The translations under genes and the position numbers were made by a program. From positions 77,914 to 141,913 of the IMG/VR virus record IMGVR_UViG_3300028591_000108: a DNA stretch of 64,000 nt, one strand, 5' to 3'. Positions within the stretch are counted from its first letter, which is position 1. The number at the start of each line of letters is the position of its first letter. Of this stretch, positions 13,478 through 26,888 are shown one piece after another. The stretch comes from a virus (taxonomy: Duplodnaviria > Caudoviricetes). Under the pieces are notes generated by a model, which made no database searches, was not told the DNA's origin, and worked only from the letters and a program-made list of their open reading frames with translations.

Positions 13478-14014
13478 ATGACAGTAGAAGAGATTTTTAA
13501 TAAACTAGCTTCTCACATGGTAGAAGGAATAATGTATCATGATGATATGGCGAAGGCATATGATTTCTTAGCCCTCAGCGGCTTTGCGCGTTGTCATGAT
13601 TATCATCATATTTGTGAGACAAAATCTTATCGTAAACTCTCCCATTACTATGCAACCCATTTTCATAAACTTCTTAAACTTGAACCACTCAAGCAGCCGC
13701 AAATTGTCCCAGAAAGTTGGTATAAATACAAAACAACCGATGTTGATATTGCGACCAAGCGTAGTGCGGTTAAAGAGCTAATGGAGAAATGGGTAGCTTG
13801 GGAAACCGAAACAAAAGTACTTTATCAAGCTATGCGCCAAGAACTTTGCGCAATTGGTGAAGTTGCGGCGGCCCTATACCTTGAATGCTTCATCTGTGAT
13901 GTAGATGAAGAACTGGCTTGGGCGCAGAAGAAGCAAATTAAATTTGAAACATTAGGCTATGACATTGGCGCTATAATACAATGTTCAGACGCTTTACATA
14001 AGAAATATAAATAA
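13478..14014 (+). CDS. Ferritin-like helical protein (hypothetical)
   Basis: His/Glu-rich helices; RBS AAGGAGG. Confidence 0.5.
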   Translation: MTVEEIFNKLASHMVEGIMYHDDMAKAYDFLALSGFARCHDYHHICETKSYRKLSHYYATHFHKLLKLEPLKQPQIVPESWYKYKTTDVDIATKRSAVKELMEKWVAWETETKVLYQAMRQELCAIGEVAAALYLECFICDVDEELAWAQKKQIKFETLGYDIGAIIQCSDALHKKYK

Positions 14015-14026
14015 GGTGGTGGTAAT

Positions 14027-14404
14027 ATGATTAGAGTAATATAGCGACGCTTAATTATTCCTCGCGGCGATACGGGGACTTTTACTCTACCTTTACTTCC
14101 TGGGACAGAGCAAGGAGACATAGCGGTCTTCTCTATCTATGATCCGCTAAAGAAGGAAGTAATTTATCAAAGACAATATCCAATCACAGAGGAAGAACTT
14201 AATATTCCTTTTGAGCATGAGGACACACTAGAAATAGAGCCAAGTAATAGGTATGAATGGGATGTTAAGATTTATAAAACACCCGTATACGCAGATGGTG
14301 CCGATACATCCGATCCTAAAACAATTCCAACTACTGGCGCATCTATTGATTCCTATTATTCTGCCTTTAGTCTTCCTATCTGTGAAATTAGGGAGTTTGC
14401 ATGA
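14027..14404 (+). CDS. BppU-N-like baseplate/structural protein (1 TAG)
   Basis: IPRGDTGTF...YEWDVKI; missed by ORF track. Confidence 0.6.
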
Positions 14405-14871
14405 GATATATAGATACAAGACATCGAACCCGGGATTTATTGTTGGAATACGAGCCAACAATAATGCCATTGCATCCTCGCGCCGGAGGTTTAGCAGTAT
14501 TATATCCTTGGGGCAATAATAACGATAGCGGCAGTGTAATGCCGCCATTCCCAAATCCTTCCGCAATTAGCTCTATCTATCCTTGGGAGATGCAAAATCT
14601 TGCCATCATGGGCGATTGGCTATTCAATTTTGCAGCGAATAGCGGCTACAAAGGCACGCGCGAAGAATTTTACAAGTATTTTGGTACATACCTTGAAACC
14701 AACAGACAAGAAATTCTATTTGAAACTTTCGATAATTTTCCTTCTGTTGGAACGGAAGATATGTTATATTTTGACCTTAATGATAAAATCTTATATTATT
14801 GGGATAATGAATATATTCCAGTTAATGCAATGCTTATTGCAAATACAATTCTACATGGAGGTGACGCTTAA
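14401..14871 (+). CDS. Structural/hypothetical protein
   Basis: ATGA coupling; GYKGTREEF and FPSVGTEDMLY repeats seen in phage fibres. Confidence 0.6.
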   Translation: MRYIDTRHRTRDLLLEYEPTIMPLHPRAGGLAVLYPWGNNNDSGSVMPPFPNPSAISSIYPWEMQNLAIMGDWLFNFAANSGYKGTREEFYKYFGTYLETNRQEILFETFDNFPSVGTEDMLYFDLNDKILYYWDNEYIPVNAMLIANTILHGGDA

Positions 14872-15584
14872 TGGCAGCGCATAATTTGCAAGTTACATTT
14901 CAAATTAGGCAGAGTATCGCGGAAAATTGGACCACTAGGAATCCAATTCTTTTCGAGGGTGAATTTGGACTAGAAACCGATACCTTTTTAATTAAAGTAG
15001 GCGATGGCATACGCGATTGGGCGCATCTACCATACTTAAATAAATTAAATACTACATACTTTAAGCATATGCAAGATGGCTCTTTAACTTTTAGTGACAC
15101 CTTTGCAGAGCAAATTAATAATCTAATTGCTCAAGCGGGCGGCGATGCGCATCTTGTTATTAATGATGATCCTACTGAAGATACCGATCCTGTTAATTAT
15201 AGCTTCCTACAGCGCTTTATTGCAGATGCAATCGCGCACGCAGGGCATTTAAAGCGCCAAGTTGTAGAAGAACTACCTCAACTTGAAGATGCTGATGAAA
15301 ATACTATTTATCTAATGCCATCTGAAAGCGGCATTGGCTATGATGAGTATATGATCATCAACGGTATTTGGGATTTAGTAGGCGTAACAAATGATGGCGG
15401 CGGTAGTGGTAGCTATGAATTACCAGTTGCTACCGAGGCGCGCCTTGGCGGCGTCAGAGCTTCAAGCGCAGATGACCGCATTAATGTAACACAAGAAGGC
15501 TTTATGACACTTAATCGTGTTTCCACTAGTAAATTATATGTGCCGACAGGAGATACTCTTATCTTATATGGCGGCACGGCTTAA
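14871..15584 (+). CDS. Fibre protein with Mtd/hyaluronidase N-terminal-like domain
   Basis: NWTTRNPIL..GEFGLETDT..KVGDG..W..LPY. Confidence 0.7.
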   Translation: MAAHNLQVTFQIRQSIAENWTTRNPILFEGEFGLETDTFLIKVGDGIRDWAHLPYLNKLNTTYFKHMQDGSLTFSDTFAEQINNLIAQAGGDAHLVINDDPTEDTDPVNYSFLQRFIADAIAHAGHLKRQVVEELPQLEDADENTIYLMPSESGIGYDEYMIINGIWDLVGVTNDGGGSGSYELPVATEARLGGVRASSADDRINVTQEGFMTLNRVSTSKLYVPTGDTLILYGGTA

Positions 15585-15597
15585 CGGGGTGAGCTAA

Positions 15598-17373
15598 ATG
15601 GCGGAAAATGTTCTTGAAACACGAATATAGTTACGCTATGGTACTTATTCCCAGTGGATGAATAGTGAAATTATTTTGCTACCGGGGGAAGCCGCAGTAT
15701 GTATTTTCCCTCGTAGTAAAGTAATAGATAATGTTACAGATGATGAGCCGGACAATACGCCTCCTGCCTTTGGCATTAAGATAGGAGATGGCACACGCTA
15801 TTTCTACGAGTTACCCTGGGTATAGGCCATTGCCGCGGATGTATATTCATGGGCCAAAAGTTCAACTAAGCCGACATATACAGCAACTGAAATCACAGGA
15901 CTTGCGGAGTTTATAAATTAGTAGTCCGGTGGTGGTGGAAGTGGTGGCAGTGCAAGCAGCGGCTATCGTATTGTATATGATAGCGCAACTTCTAAATATA
16001 TTTTACAAATGTATGATGCTGATACAGATAGTTGGGTAAATACTACCAGTGAAATTGACTTATCTGCTATACTAAACCGCATCAATACAATTGAACGATG
16101 GGCCAATGGTGCATAGTATAATCTTGGTAATATTGAAACGCCAATTTCTGCTTATATTTATGAAGAAGTTATTGCTTATATGAATTAGCTTGATTATAAT
16201 GATCAAGCTGAACAGCATTAGTTTGTTACTTCTGTTAAATAGGTTGATGGTAAAATTTAGGTTGATCGTTCTGCTATCTCTGCCGCAGATATTACAAGTG
16301 GTGTTTTTAAAACAGAACAAGGTGGAACTGGTTTAACTAGTGTACGAGATGATGAAGTACTTATAGGTAGTGAAGAAGGCGATATTACTACTAAGCGATT
16401 TGTAACCACATTAGAATCATCAGATCGCAATACTTTCGCCACTTCTGGCGCGATTATTGATTATATTAATAATGCTACTGCAGGTTTAACTGGCGCGATG
16501 CATTTTGTGGGTGAGGCACAAGTTACCATCAATAATGGATCTGCCGTCAATCCACAAATAAATGGGTATATTTTTGCCAATGCATAGCCAGGTGATGTTA
16601 TCTTAGCTAATAATTCACAAGAATATGTATGGACTGGAGATTCTTGGCGTTTACTTGGCGATGAAGGTAGCTATGCTATTAAAGGCAGTATAACTAATGT
16701 TGATATTGCAGAAAATGCAGCAATTGCTCAATCAAAAATTGATGGATTAGATGTGACTTTAGATACAAAAGTCACAAAAGTAGAAGGTAAGGATTTATCT
16801 ACTAATGATTTTACCGACGATGCTAAGCAAAAACTCGAAGATATTGAAAATGGCGCGTAGGTAAATGTCATTGAGCATGTATTTTTAAATGATTCTGAAA
16901 TAACACCCGCTAAAATACAAGGGCTTGACAAATCAGTAGATCTTCAAATTGTCGGTATTACGCCTGAACAGAGTGAAAAACTAGCCGGCATTGAGGCAGA
17001 AGCACAAGTTAATGTTATTGAGCATATTGTAGTTGATGGTGTGGAATAGCCGCTTGATAATGCTAAAACTGTAAATATCACAACCAATCCACATACTGAG
17101 CATGAAAATGTAATTGAATCTATTGCTATAAATGGAATAGTCTAGACTCCAGAAAATAAGTAGGTTAATATTATATTAGACCAAGTTGCATTAGATTTAG
17201 ACGTTCTCGCGGGCGCACAGATTCCTAATGGTAATACGCTTTAGGAGGTTGAATAGATTAATAAAAAACTATAGCTTGCTCGCATTTCTGTAACTGGTAA
17301 TGTTCATGATTTATTACAGACAGATAATACATATATAACAATAAATTGCGGCAGTAGTACTGACGTAGTATAA
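15598..17373 (+). CDS. Fibre protein with Mtd-N-like domain (about 591 aa, many TAG)
   Basis: Absent from ORF track; RIQLRY..KIGDG..LPW; repeated AQVNVIEH; KVEGKDLSTNDFT. Confidence 0.75.
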
Positions 17374-17384
17374 GGAGGGATAAG

Positions 17385-17900
17385 ATGACAAATAATGGTA
17401 CATTGCGTATGCGTATTTAGCTAAAAGCCGATACAGAAGCCAATTGGATAGCTCATCCTATCGTTCCTTTAGCTAATGAACTTATTATATATGCGGCAGA
17501 TAATGAACATAATTATGCTCGTTTAAAGGTAGGAGATGGTTCAACCAATGTGAATTCTCTGCCTTTTGTAGATGCCGGAACATTAAACGGACATGAAACG
17601 GAAATAGTAAAATTAGCTAATGCAGAATTATTTCCCACGGTGGGCTCATCTGATAAATTATATGTTGACTTATCTACAAATAGCATTTATCATTATACTA
17701 ATAGTATAGGATATTCATAGTTATCTAATTTTACTTATACAACTGATACAACAACAGTTCATAGTGTCTTACAATGGATGCCAGGAGTTATAACTAGCTT
17801 ATAGGTTGATAATAATATATTAAAAATTAAAACAGGAGAACTTCCTTCTTTATTAACTCAAGATAAAGAAGTAGTAACAAATATCATTAAGGAGGTTTGA
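17385..17900 (+). CDS. Mtd-N-like fibre-associated protein (TAG=Gln)
   Basis: RIQLKADTEANW..KVGDG..LPF. Confidence 0.7.
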
Positions 17901-17902
17901 GC

Positions 17903-18778
17903 ATGGCAACATATATAGGTTCACTTCAAATTGATTCAGATGCACCAGTTCTGCTTGGCTCTACTCTTTATGGTATTTGTAATAGCCCAGCAAACTTGGT
18001 TAATAAAACAGTAATTTTCAATAATTTTGATAATATGGTAGATGGAATTACAATTCATGTTAGATTTTCATATGGTAATAATATTTTAAATGGTGTTAAT
18101 TTAGAAGTTGGTAACACGGCTTCAATACCAGTTAGTGGTAATTGTGTATGCGCGCCAAACGAAGTTATAGCTTTTACTTTAGACCGTACTGGTAGCACAG
18201 CTGTATGGCGCTCACATCATAGCGTAAAAATTGAAACAGATAACGATATTGTAACTAAAATTGCAGGACAAAGTGTTAATTTGGTTACTAGACGATATGT
18301 AGATGATATTGTTCAAGGCGGAGATTCTAGCGGTACGGTACATTATAGAGGTATTTCTGCATATGCACTTACAAACGGAGGTACAGAAACGGCTATTATA
18401 AATGAAAGTTTATTAGAGCCGGAAGTAGGAGATTTAGTAGTTTATGGCGCTAAAGAATTTATATGGACTGGACAAGCTTGGCATGAAATTGGGGATGAAA
18501 GTTCTTATGCATTAAAATCTCACACAACCGATATCTAGTCTGCTATTACTTGGAATGCAGGTACAGTACCATCATTAGGCACGGACATAGATGCAGATGA
18601 TATTACAAATTGGCAGGCGGGTAGCGCTTCAGAAGCTACTGTGCGGAATGGCATATTAAAAATAAAAAACAGTACTACTCCTTCATTATCATATGAATCA
18701 CGCAAAATTCCTAATATAACTAATGTAGGCACAACTCCTTCTTTAAATGTCACGTCTACAGTAGTAGTTGTACCTTAA
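17903..18778 (+). CDS. Tail fibre-associated protein (1 TAG)
   Basis: ORF 17897 extends through TAG 18536 to TAA 18776. Confidence 0.7.
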
Positions 18779-18792
18779 GGTGGTGAGAGTAA

Positions 18793-21786
18793 ATGGCACA
18801 TATTCATGCAATAGAAATCGAAAATGACGCTACTTATTTACTTGAACCGATATTACATATTTTGCCAACTATTGATGGTAATAAATATACTGCTAATATA
18901 CCTAATTTTGAACTAGTTGAAGGCGTCAAAATCTCAATGGAAATGCCTTCTACTAATGCTGCAAATCCGACACTTAATATTAACAATAGCGGAGATAAAG
19001 TTATATCATATGAAGGAACGGTTTTAGACGAAGGGATGCTCTAGAGTGGCAGAACTTATCATTTAATATATCTAAGTTAGCAATGGCAAATTGTAGGTGA
19101 TTTATTACAAATTCCTCTTGCAGCTAATGGAGTTCGTGGCGGCGCTCAACTAGGATATGTATCAGATAATGCTAGTCGCAAATATGCAGTTGAGCTTGAT
19201 AATGAGCAAATGTATGTTCATGTCCCATGGGAAGGATCTAGTGTAAGTGATTGGAATGCTATTCAAAATTTACCCCATACCTTAGAAGGTTATGGTATTA
19301 CGGATGCTTATATTAGAGATAATGTAATTACTTTAGGTAATACTAGCATTACACCTATTATAACAGTAAATGATAAAAGTGGTTCAGAAATTCGACTTAC
19401 AGCTGAAGACATTGGATTAAAAAATCCATTATAGCTTATTGGAAAAGTTACTCAACAATCTCCATATTAGCCTAGTGATGGGACATAGGGAAATCCCCTT
19501 ATTAATGGAATAAATTCCTATGTTCCACAAGTTGGTGATGTTATTCTTGATTATACAGGAGAATATGAGTATGTACTAACTGCAAGTGGACTATGGGAAC
19601 GTATAGGCGGAGACGGAGCCTATAAAATTATTCAAACCGCCGTTGCCGCGCCATCAATTATTGAGACAAATAAATGGGTATCTTCTATTAGTTAGAATGA
19701 AAATGGTGAAATCACGGTTCACTATAGTGGATTAGAGACTGATGGTCTTTGGAGCGGCAATGCAGCGACTGCAACTCAATTTGCTACAGGGCAAAAGATA
19801 TATGTAGATTTAACTACTAGATTTCATGAGCCAACCGCGGCTAATCCTCAAGATCAAATTACGACAATTCAAGGTGGTAAAGATATTGCCGAAATAATTG
19901 GTATAGATGGCATATTAGAAGTACGATCTGGCGGCACAGGAACAGATTTTTTTGCGCCAAATTAGGTTATTTTAAGCACAAATCCTTCAGAAGGATAGGC
20001 AGTAACTTTTACTTCACGCCCGTATTCAAATAGTATAAGTGCAGAAGCATTAAGTATTAGTACAAATTTTGTAACAGAATAGGATGTTTATTATGGATTA
20101 CCTAAAATAAATAATCTTCATAATTATACATCAGATAATGATATATTCGCGCCAATTACAGGAGGATTACAATATTAGATATTAGTATCCTCTAGTAGTA
20201 CTACGGCGCCTCTTTGGGCTACTCATGCTTTTATCAGTAGCGCAGAAAGCGCAGTTAGTGATTAGTAGGCATTTACTACTCTTACATTAGGTAATAATAT
20301 TGATGTTTCAAATGAAATAGCTCATTCCGAAGGTCAGATTGAATTATACTCCGCCGCGACCAGTTCTCATATTTTAAAAGGAGATAGTACTACTACCCAG
20401 TATATACATATTTTACCTAATAGTGATGGCCATATAGCTCAAGTTTCATCCGCAGCAGCCGTAGGATCTCCTACATAGCCAGTATTTGTCGCCGCTAATG
20501 GCGTTATTACCCCTCTTACTTATGTTCCTAATCGTTTATATTATAGCATTGCTGCGGCAACCCCTGCAACAGAATCATCAGATTCTTTTACGGCTACTAT
20601 TCATTATGCCGATGACAGCCATATTGGCTTGGGGGCTAGTAATTGGCCAGAAAATTGTACAGATACATTATATGTAACGGGCACAACGAGTTTTAACGGT
20701 AATGTTTATCATAAAAGTAATGTCTATTTTGGAAATGCCACCGATTATTATATTGACGCAACTGCAACTGGATATTTACCAGATTTACGAGTGGATAAAA
20801 TTTAGTTAGACGAAGACTATATTAATTTTTATTCACATGTAAATGCAAATAATATATCTTCATCTGAACAAGAAAATACTAATTAGTCGCGTTTATTATT
20901 AGGATACATATAGGGCACGAATACCGGTATGCTCTTCCATCGGTGTACTCTAGAGGATAACGGTGCATCTGCTACCGATCCACAAAATCTATTAACCTAG
21001 GATCCAATATTTAAATTTAATGGACACTTGCTTCCGGAAGAAACCAATACAAATGATTTAGGCGCCGATTTATTTAGATGGAAAGATGCATATTTTTAGG
21101 GTAATATATATATGTAGAATGTCAGTACGCCTAATCTTGGCGCAACTAACACTGCAAATAAAATTATCTGGAAAAGCGCATACCATGATGCAGAGATTTA
21201 TTTTTCTGCAAGTTAGAGTGATGAAGCGGGTAAATTAGTATTACATTCTAAATCGCAAATCTCTAATACAAATGGTCGACTACATTCTACTATTGCAATT
21301 GCATTTGATGATAATGATACAGCATATATTAATTATAGCGATCCAAGCTTTTATCCTGCTGTAAATAATAGCGGCTATTTAGGCTTGTCAACAAATCGTT
21401 GGAGTAAAGTGTATATTGGTGATAATGATATTTATGGAGATGACTATACTCCAATTTATTGGAATGATGGAGCTCCTAAGGTAGTCGCGCCAGTATAGCA
21501 ATATGCCTTTACTATTAATGCTAATACAAATGGAGTAACTCTTACTCATGAAGCATTAACAGCCGATACTTATGTTCTTCAAATTGTAATTACTTATGGA
21601 ATAGAGAATTTAAATGCTCCTCTCACATGGAGTAGTTATGATCCACAAGGAAATAGATTAGGCAAAATACAATTACAATGTAGCACTTTGACTTCTGGTC
21701 AAGTAGAAGGATATGTTATTACCAGTCGTGGTAAGACATACACACCAGATGATATGGCAAATTATTTTACACCAATTAATCCATAA
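18793..21786 (+). CDS. Long tail fibre protein (about 997 aa, many TAG)
   Basis: Fragments 18793/19210 in frame; PHTLEGYGITDA and LG...RW fibre motifs; ends TAA. Confidence 0.7.
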
Positions 21787-21974
21787 TTTTTGATATAAAT
21801 AATCGCTGCTTTGCGCCGATTTTTTATAAAACTAATAAGGGCTCAGCCGTGCTGGCCCTTATTATTATTATTTTTAAACAGTATACTTAAAATAAGTTGC
21901 TTATTTATTACATATATTGTGACAATTAAAAAAACATCATTCGGGTCAAATGATGTTAATGGAGGCGAATAAAA

Positions 21975-22196
21975 ATGGCGGCAATAATGAGTAAAAGAGG
22001 TAATTCTGATAATATAATTACTTATGAACATTTCTGCGACACTGCCGCGGATTTAGCAACTATTGATCCAAAGTATATTACGTTGGGATCTATTGCAATA
22101 GTAGTAGATACTATGGAAGTATTTATTGCTAACAGCCAAAAACAATGGAAAAGTATGACTCCTGTTACAGAGGAAGAAAATGGGGGTGAGGGTTAA
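21975..22196 (+). CDS. Small hypothetical virion-cluster protein
   Basis: RBS GGAGG; coupled to the next gene. Confidence 0.65.
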   Translation: MAAIMSKRGNSDNIITYEHFCDTAADLATIDPKYITLGSIAIVVDTMEVFIANSQKQWKSMTPVTEEENGGEG

Positions 22197-24142
22197 TGGA
22201 TATATTAGACGTAATGCTCGCAAGAGCAATGACACCACAAGGAAAAACCGAAGCTTACGTAGCTAAAGCTAATGCAGCCGCTGCGAAGGCAGAACAAGCA
22301 AGACAAGATGCAGACACAGCAATCGCTTCCGTTACCGCCGCGGCGGATACTATCACGCAAAAGCAAGCAGAGGCCGAAACTTTGCTAGCAACTGCGCAAG
22401 AAGCTTTAGAGACAGTACAAGAAGCACAAGCTAATACAATCACAACAGAAGACATAGATGATGAGATTTCTAAGTTAGCTTTCGAACTAACTCAAACCTC
22501 ATCTAATACTTATAATGGTCGTGGCTATAAAGTTCTATATCCAGACAATGCTACAACCTTTACTATGCCCGAAGTGGTTAAATTATACAAATCTACGGGC
22601 AATAACGAAGATGGCAGTATGACGCAAAAAGCTATTACAGCCGCACTCGCGCAGAAAGCCGACACATCCACAACTGCAACTAAAGCTTATGTTGATAATG
22701 CAATCACACGCATCCCATCTGGCGGTGGTTCCGGCTCTGGCGGAGTCAGTAATCTTGGCGCACAGAATGCCGGTAAAATTGTTATTGTCGGCTCCGACGG
22801 TAACATCAAAGCCGGTGATGCAACACAAGAAGCAATCATTCAGGCACTAGTAAAAGCCGGGACTTACAGCGCTGATGGCACACTTGGTCTATTAATCGAC
22901 TATGAAAATAAGTCCTTTGAGCGTACTCAGGATGCCGCAAGTCGTAGGGCTGGAAGTGACTTTAATGGATACACTATGTACGGCGGCCGCATGCGTTGTA
23001 ATGTAGACGATGACGGCACAATTACTGCCTTCTATGGAGATACTAATTATCGTGAAGATGGTTCTAATGGTTAGGTAATGATTTATCAACCCAAATTCTA
23101 CTACTCTCGCACCTTTATTAAAGATAGTGCAGGCAGTCGCGGAGTTACTATTCAAAAGGAGAATCTAATTCTAAGTGCTGATGAGCGTGCAGGCTTTGAA
23201 CTTCATCCTCTCTTTAAACTTGGAAATGAAGAACTTGATTATGTACTTCTCCCCGCCTTTGAAGGTAGTGTCTATGACACTAGCGCAGACGAATATCTTC
23301 TAAACGATGAGAATGTTACTTTCTCTGAAGATAAACTCAGCTCTATTGCGGGCGCAAAAATCTTTACTGGCGTTGGAAAAAATCTAAATCTAACCCAAAT
23401 TAAAACAATGGCATCTAACCGCGGTGAAGGTTGGCAACTTACTAATTTTGAATTTGAATCTGCTAATCAGATGCTAGAGATGGTTGAATTTGGTACTATG
23501 AATGGACAATCTGCATTAGAAAAAGGTGCGGTCAATGTTGCCCGTAATAATGCCACTAGTTGCGCTATTATTACTGGTTCCACTTCCAGTATTGGTAATG
23601 GCACCGGCGCTGCGCCTCAAACCATTATTGACCGCGACGGCACTAAAGAAACCGTTACAACCGCAGGCTTACGCGCGATTAGCTATCGTGGTATGGAAAA
23701 TCCATGGGGTAGTATGTGGCGACTTATTGCTAATATTACAACTCGCGGCGGTAGCAACTCTGAAGGCGGCATAGTATATCATGATGAAACGCCATTAGGA
23801 TTCCAGCTTCCCGGTGCGGCGCCGAACTGGATTTCTGCTATGGGCTATCAAAATCCAGACTATACTTGGGCTTATTTACCGATTGAGTGTGCCAATAATG
23901 CCAATAGTGCCTTCCCAGTTGGCGATGCACTTTGGACTAATAGCGCTCTAAATGGTACCAATCTATTCGGTATTGGCGGTCTTTATAGCTCTGGCGATGG
24001 AGCAGGTCTATTTAACTATAGCGCGGATGTGGCTGTGAATGCAACACTACGCTACTTCAATGGGCGTATTATGTATATTCCTACTAAAAATGCAACCTAT
24101 GAAGCCAACATTAATAAATGGCGGCAACATTATGGAGGTTGA
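22196..24142 (+). CDS. Tail collar/fibre protein (648 aa; single TAG at 23072)
   Basis: Two ORFs in frame across one TAG (NGQVMIYQPKFYY); SYRGMENPWGSMW motif. Confidence 0.75.
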
Positions 24143-24148
24143 TAAAAG

Positions 24149-24394
24149 ATGAAAGATTACGGAACTATTTATGGTACGGTTGAACCACAGCCAATTGAAA
24201 TTACAGCTACTTCTGTCTTCATCGCTTCTAATGTTGAACCATATGAAGAAGAAGTTGGCGAACATACCGTTTCTGGTTATAAATATAACTACAAAGAATA
24301 TGGCAAGGATGAATATCTATTACAGTAGGCCACAAGTATCTCCTCCTTAAAGGAGGAGCTTGCCGCCGCAAAGATACTATTGGGGGTGGAGTAA
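24149..24394 (+). CDS. Small tail-associated protein (1 TAG)
   Basis: RBS GGAGG; YGKDEYLLQQA. Confidence 0.6.
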
Positions 24395-24802
24395 TTGACA
24401 TTACTTGAATTAGCGCGCAAGCTACGCCCTTATATAGAAAAAGCAGCTTTATCTTTATCTGATGAAGATTCACTTGAAGCAGTTCAGTTATTTCCTACTT
24501 GGAATGCTACTGCCGCATATTTACAGGGAGACAAGGTACAATACGAGAATATATTGTACAAATGTCTCTAGTCCCATGCGGCGCAAGAAGCATGGACTCC
24601 TACCGCCGCTCCAAGTTTATGGGCTAAGGTACTAATTCCAGATGCGAATGTAATTCCAGAGTGGGAGCAGCCAGATAGCACTAACCCCTATATGCGTGGC
24701 GATCGTGTTATGTTCGAAGGTAAAGTATATGAAAGTGCAATTGATAATAATATCTGGTCACCAAGTGCTTATCCAGCTGGGTGGTAGGAAGTAAATATTT
24801 GA
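24395..24802 (+). CDS. Carbohydrate-binding (CBM5/12-like) protein
   Basis: GDKVQY..LYKCL(TAG)SH..W.P..PSLW and GDRV..YES..NN.WSP..YPAGW(TAG). Confidence 0.75.
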
Positions 24803-24827
24803 CTTTTTTATTTGTATATGATATAAT
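24799..24827 (+). promoter_or_regulatory. Sigma-A-type promoter
   Basis: TTGACT-17-TATAAT. Confidence 0.7.
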
Positions 24828-24887
24828 TATTATAGGATAAGGAAGAAAGATCTTTATCCTATAATAATTATTTTTAAGGAGAAAGAT

Positions 24888-25169
24888 ATGAAAAAAGCTA
24901 TTACAATTACCAACGCCGAAAGCGAAAACATATCGCGTCTATTTTATAAATATAACGCTTATATGAATATGTTAGAATACCTTGCAGCACGTATTACTGA
25001 TAGTACTATTTATGAAAAGAAATGGGAAGAAGCCGCAAATATTTGGATTGAACTAGATCGCGCAAAAGTCGCTGTTGAAAAGAAATATAAGCCTGCCGGT
25101 GATTGGGACAGATACGAATTTAATTTTGATGATTCGCAGGTGGTGTTTATTAAAGATGAGAACTCATGA
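24888..25169 (+). CDS. Small partner protein of radical SAM maturase
   Basis: Overlaps the rSAM start; helical then W..YEFNF beta tail like CXXX-repeat system accessory proteins. Confidence 0.5.
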   Translation: MKKAITITNAESENISRLFYKYNAYMNMLEYLAARITDSTIYEKKWEEAANIWIELDRAKVAVEKKYKPAGDWDRYEFNFDDSQVVFIKDENS

Positions 25170-26445
25170 TTATTCCACCGAAATTATCGAACGTTATCGT
25201 GACGAAGACCCAAAGGCAGTATGTCGTAATATTACATTTTAGGTAACAGATGATTGTTGTTTAAAATGTTCTTATTGTTATTAGACTCATAAAGGTCATG
25301 CTATGATGACCACTGAAGTGGCTAAATCAATTGTTGATTTATTATTTAGATTGTATGATGAAAATAATGAAGATATGGTAATAAATCATCATACTTATGG
25401 CATTGTATTAGATATGATCGGCGGCGAACCCTTCATGAACGTAGAAGTCATGGATTATATTGTAGATTATTTTATTAAAGAATGTTATCGTCGTGATCAT
25501 ATTTGGCTTACTAATTTTAGAATTAGTATTAGTACTAATGGTCTACTTTATTTTGAGCCATAGGTATAGGCATTTTTAAAAAAATATGCAAATTTAATTA
25601 GTATGAATGTCACAATTGATGGGCCAAAAGAGATACATGACCTTTGTCGAGTAGATTTTTCTAACAATGGTAGCTTTGATCGTGCTATCGCCGCATGGGA
25701 GGACTGGTATATAATTAAACATAATAATATACCAGATACTAAAATAACAATTGCTCCTGAAAATTTACCTAAAATGGGAGAAATATTTAATTTCTTTTTA
25801 TCAAAAGGATGCAAATCTATTCATGCCAACCCTATTTTTGAGCATAAATGGACCACAGAAGAAGCTAGTTTATATTATAAAATATTAATTAAATTAGCTG
25901 ACAAGCTATTGGAAGTAGACGGCGCAGAAAGCTCCTTATTCTCTGAGTTCAAAGGAAATCCACTTCCAGAATCAGACACTAATAACTATTGTGGCGGTAC
26001 TTCTGCAATGCTAGCTTTTGACCCACAAGGATTGGCATATCCATGTTTACGTTATATGGCTAGTTCATTAGATACTAATCGAAAGCCTTTAATTATTGGC
26101 AATACAGATGGTATTTATAATACTCCAGAATATCGTGCAATATATGATGATATGCAAACAGTTACACGCCAATCGCAATCAACGCAAGAGTGTTTAGAAT
26201 GTCCAGTGGCTTCAGGCTGCTAGTGGTGTAGTGCTGAAAATTATAATGAATTTGGTACCTATAATAAGCGTAGTACTAACATATGCTGGATGCACCGTGC
26301 TGAAGCACTCGCGGGTGTATACTACTGGAACAACTATTATAGGAAACATAATTTACCATAGCGTAAAAAATTACATTTACCGGTAGGTCTGGCAATGCAA
26401 ATAATTACATTAAAAGAATATAATAAGTTATTATTATTAACTTAA
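25156..26445 (+). CDS. Radical SAM/SPASM maturase (CXXX-repeat-target-like)
   Basis: ITF(TAG)VTDDCCLKCSYCY(TAG), GGEP, SISTNG, SPASM C..C.....C..C. Confidence 0.85.
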
Positions 26446-26546
26446 ATATTTGACTTTTTTCAATTTTTATGTTATAATAAATAAAAGATTAGGAAAGGAA
26501 CTAATCTTTTAAAATATTTTTTCATTACATGAGGAGGTAATGAGAT

Positions 26547-26888
26547 ATGATTAAAATTTATTCTGACAAAACTGGTAGTTTTTATAACACAGTAGAGGAA
26601 GCCAATCGCGCTGAATTTGAACTAAAGGAAAAGGAAAATTTAGCAAAGATTGAAAAGGAGCGTAAAGAACGTGAGTTAAAAGAAAAGAAGGAAAAGGAAG
26701 TCGCCGAACGTAAAGTTGCTGCAGAAAAGGTTGAAACTGCGCGCAAAGAAATGACCAAAGCCCAGCATGAATATAGTAAAGCACTTCGTGAGTTTATCAA
26801 TAAATATGGAACATATCATTTTTCTAGCTCGGATCCAGCAGATATTCCTACTTTGTTCGATATTTTTGATAAGTTCTTGACTATCTAA
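26547..26888 (+). CDS. Lys/Glu-rich coiled-coil hypothetical protein
   Basis: Own promoter (26450-26478) and RBS GAGGAGG. Confidence 0.7.
   Translation: MIKIYSDKTGSFYNTVEEANRAEFELKEKENLAKIEKERKERELKEKKEKEVAERKVAAEKVETARKEMTKAQHEYSKALREFINKYGTYHFSSSDPADIPTLFDIFDKFLTI

Noticed and set aside
14871-17900. Diversity-generating retroelement suggested by Mtd-N-like domains
   Set aside because: No reverse transcriptase or TR/VR repeat pair seen in the window
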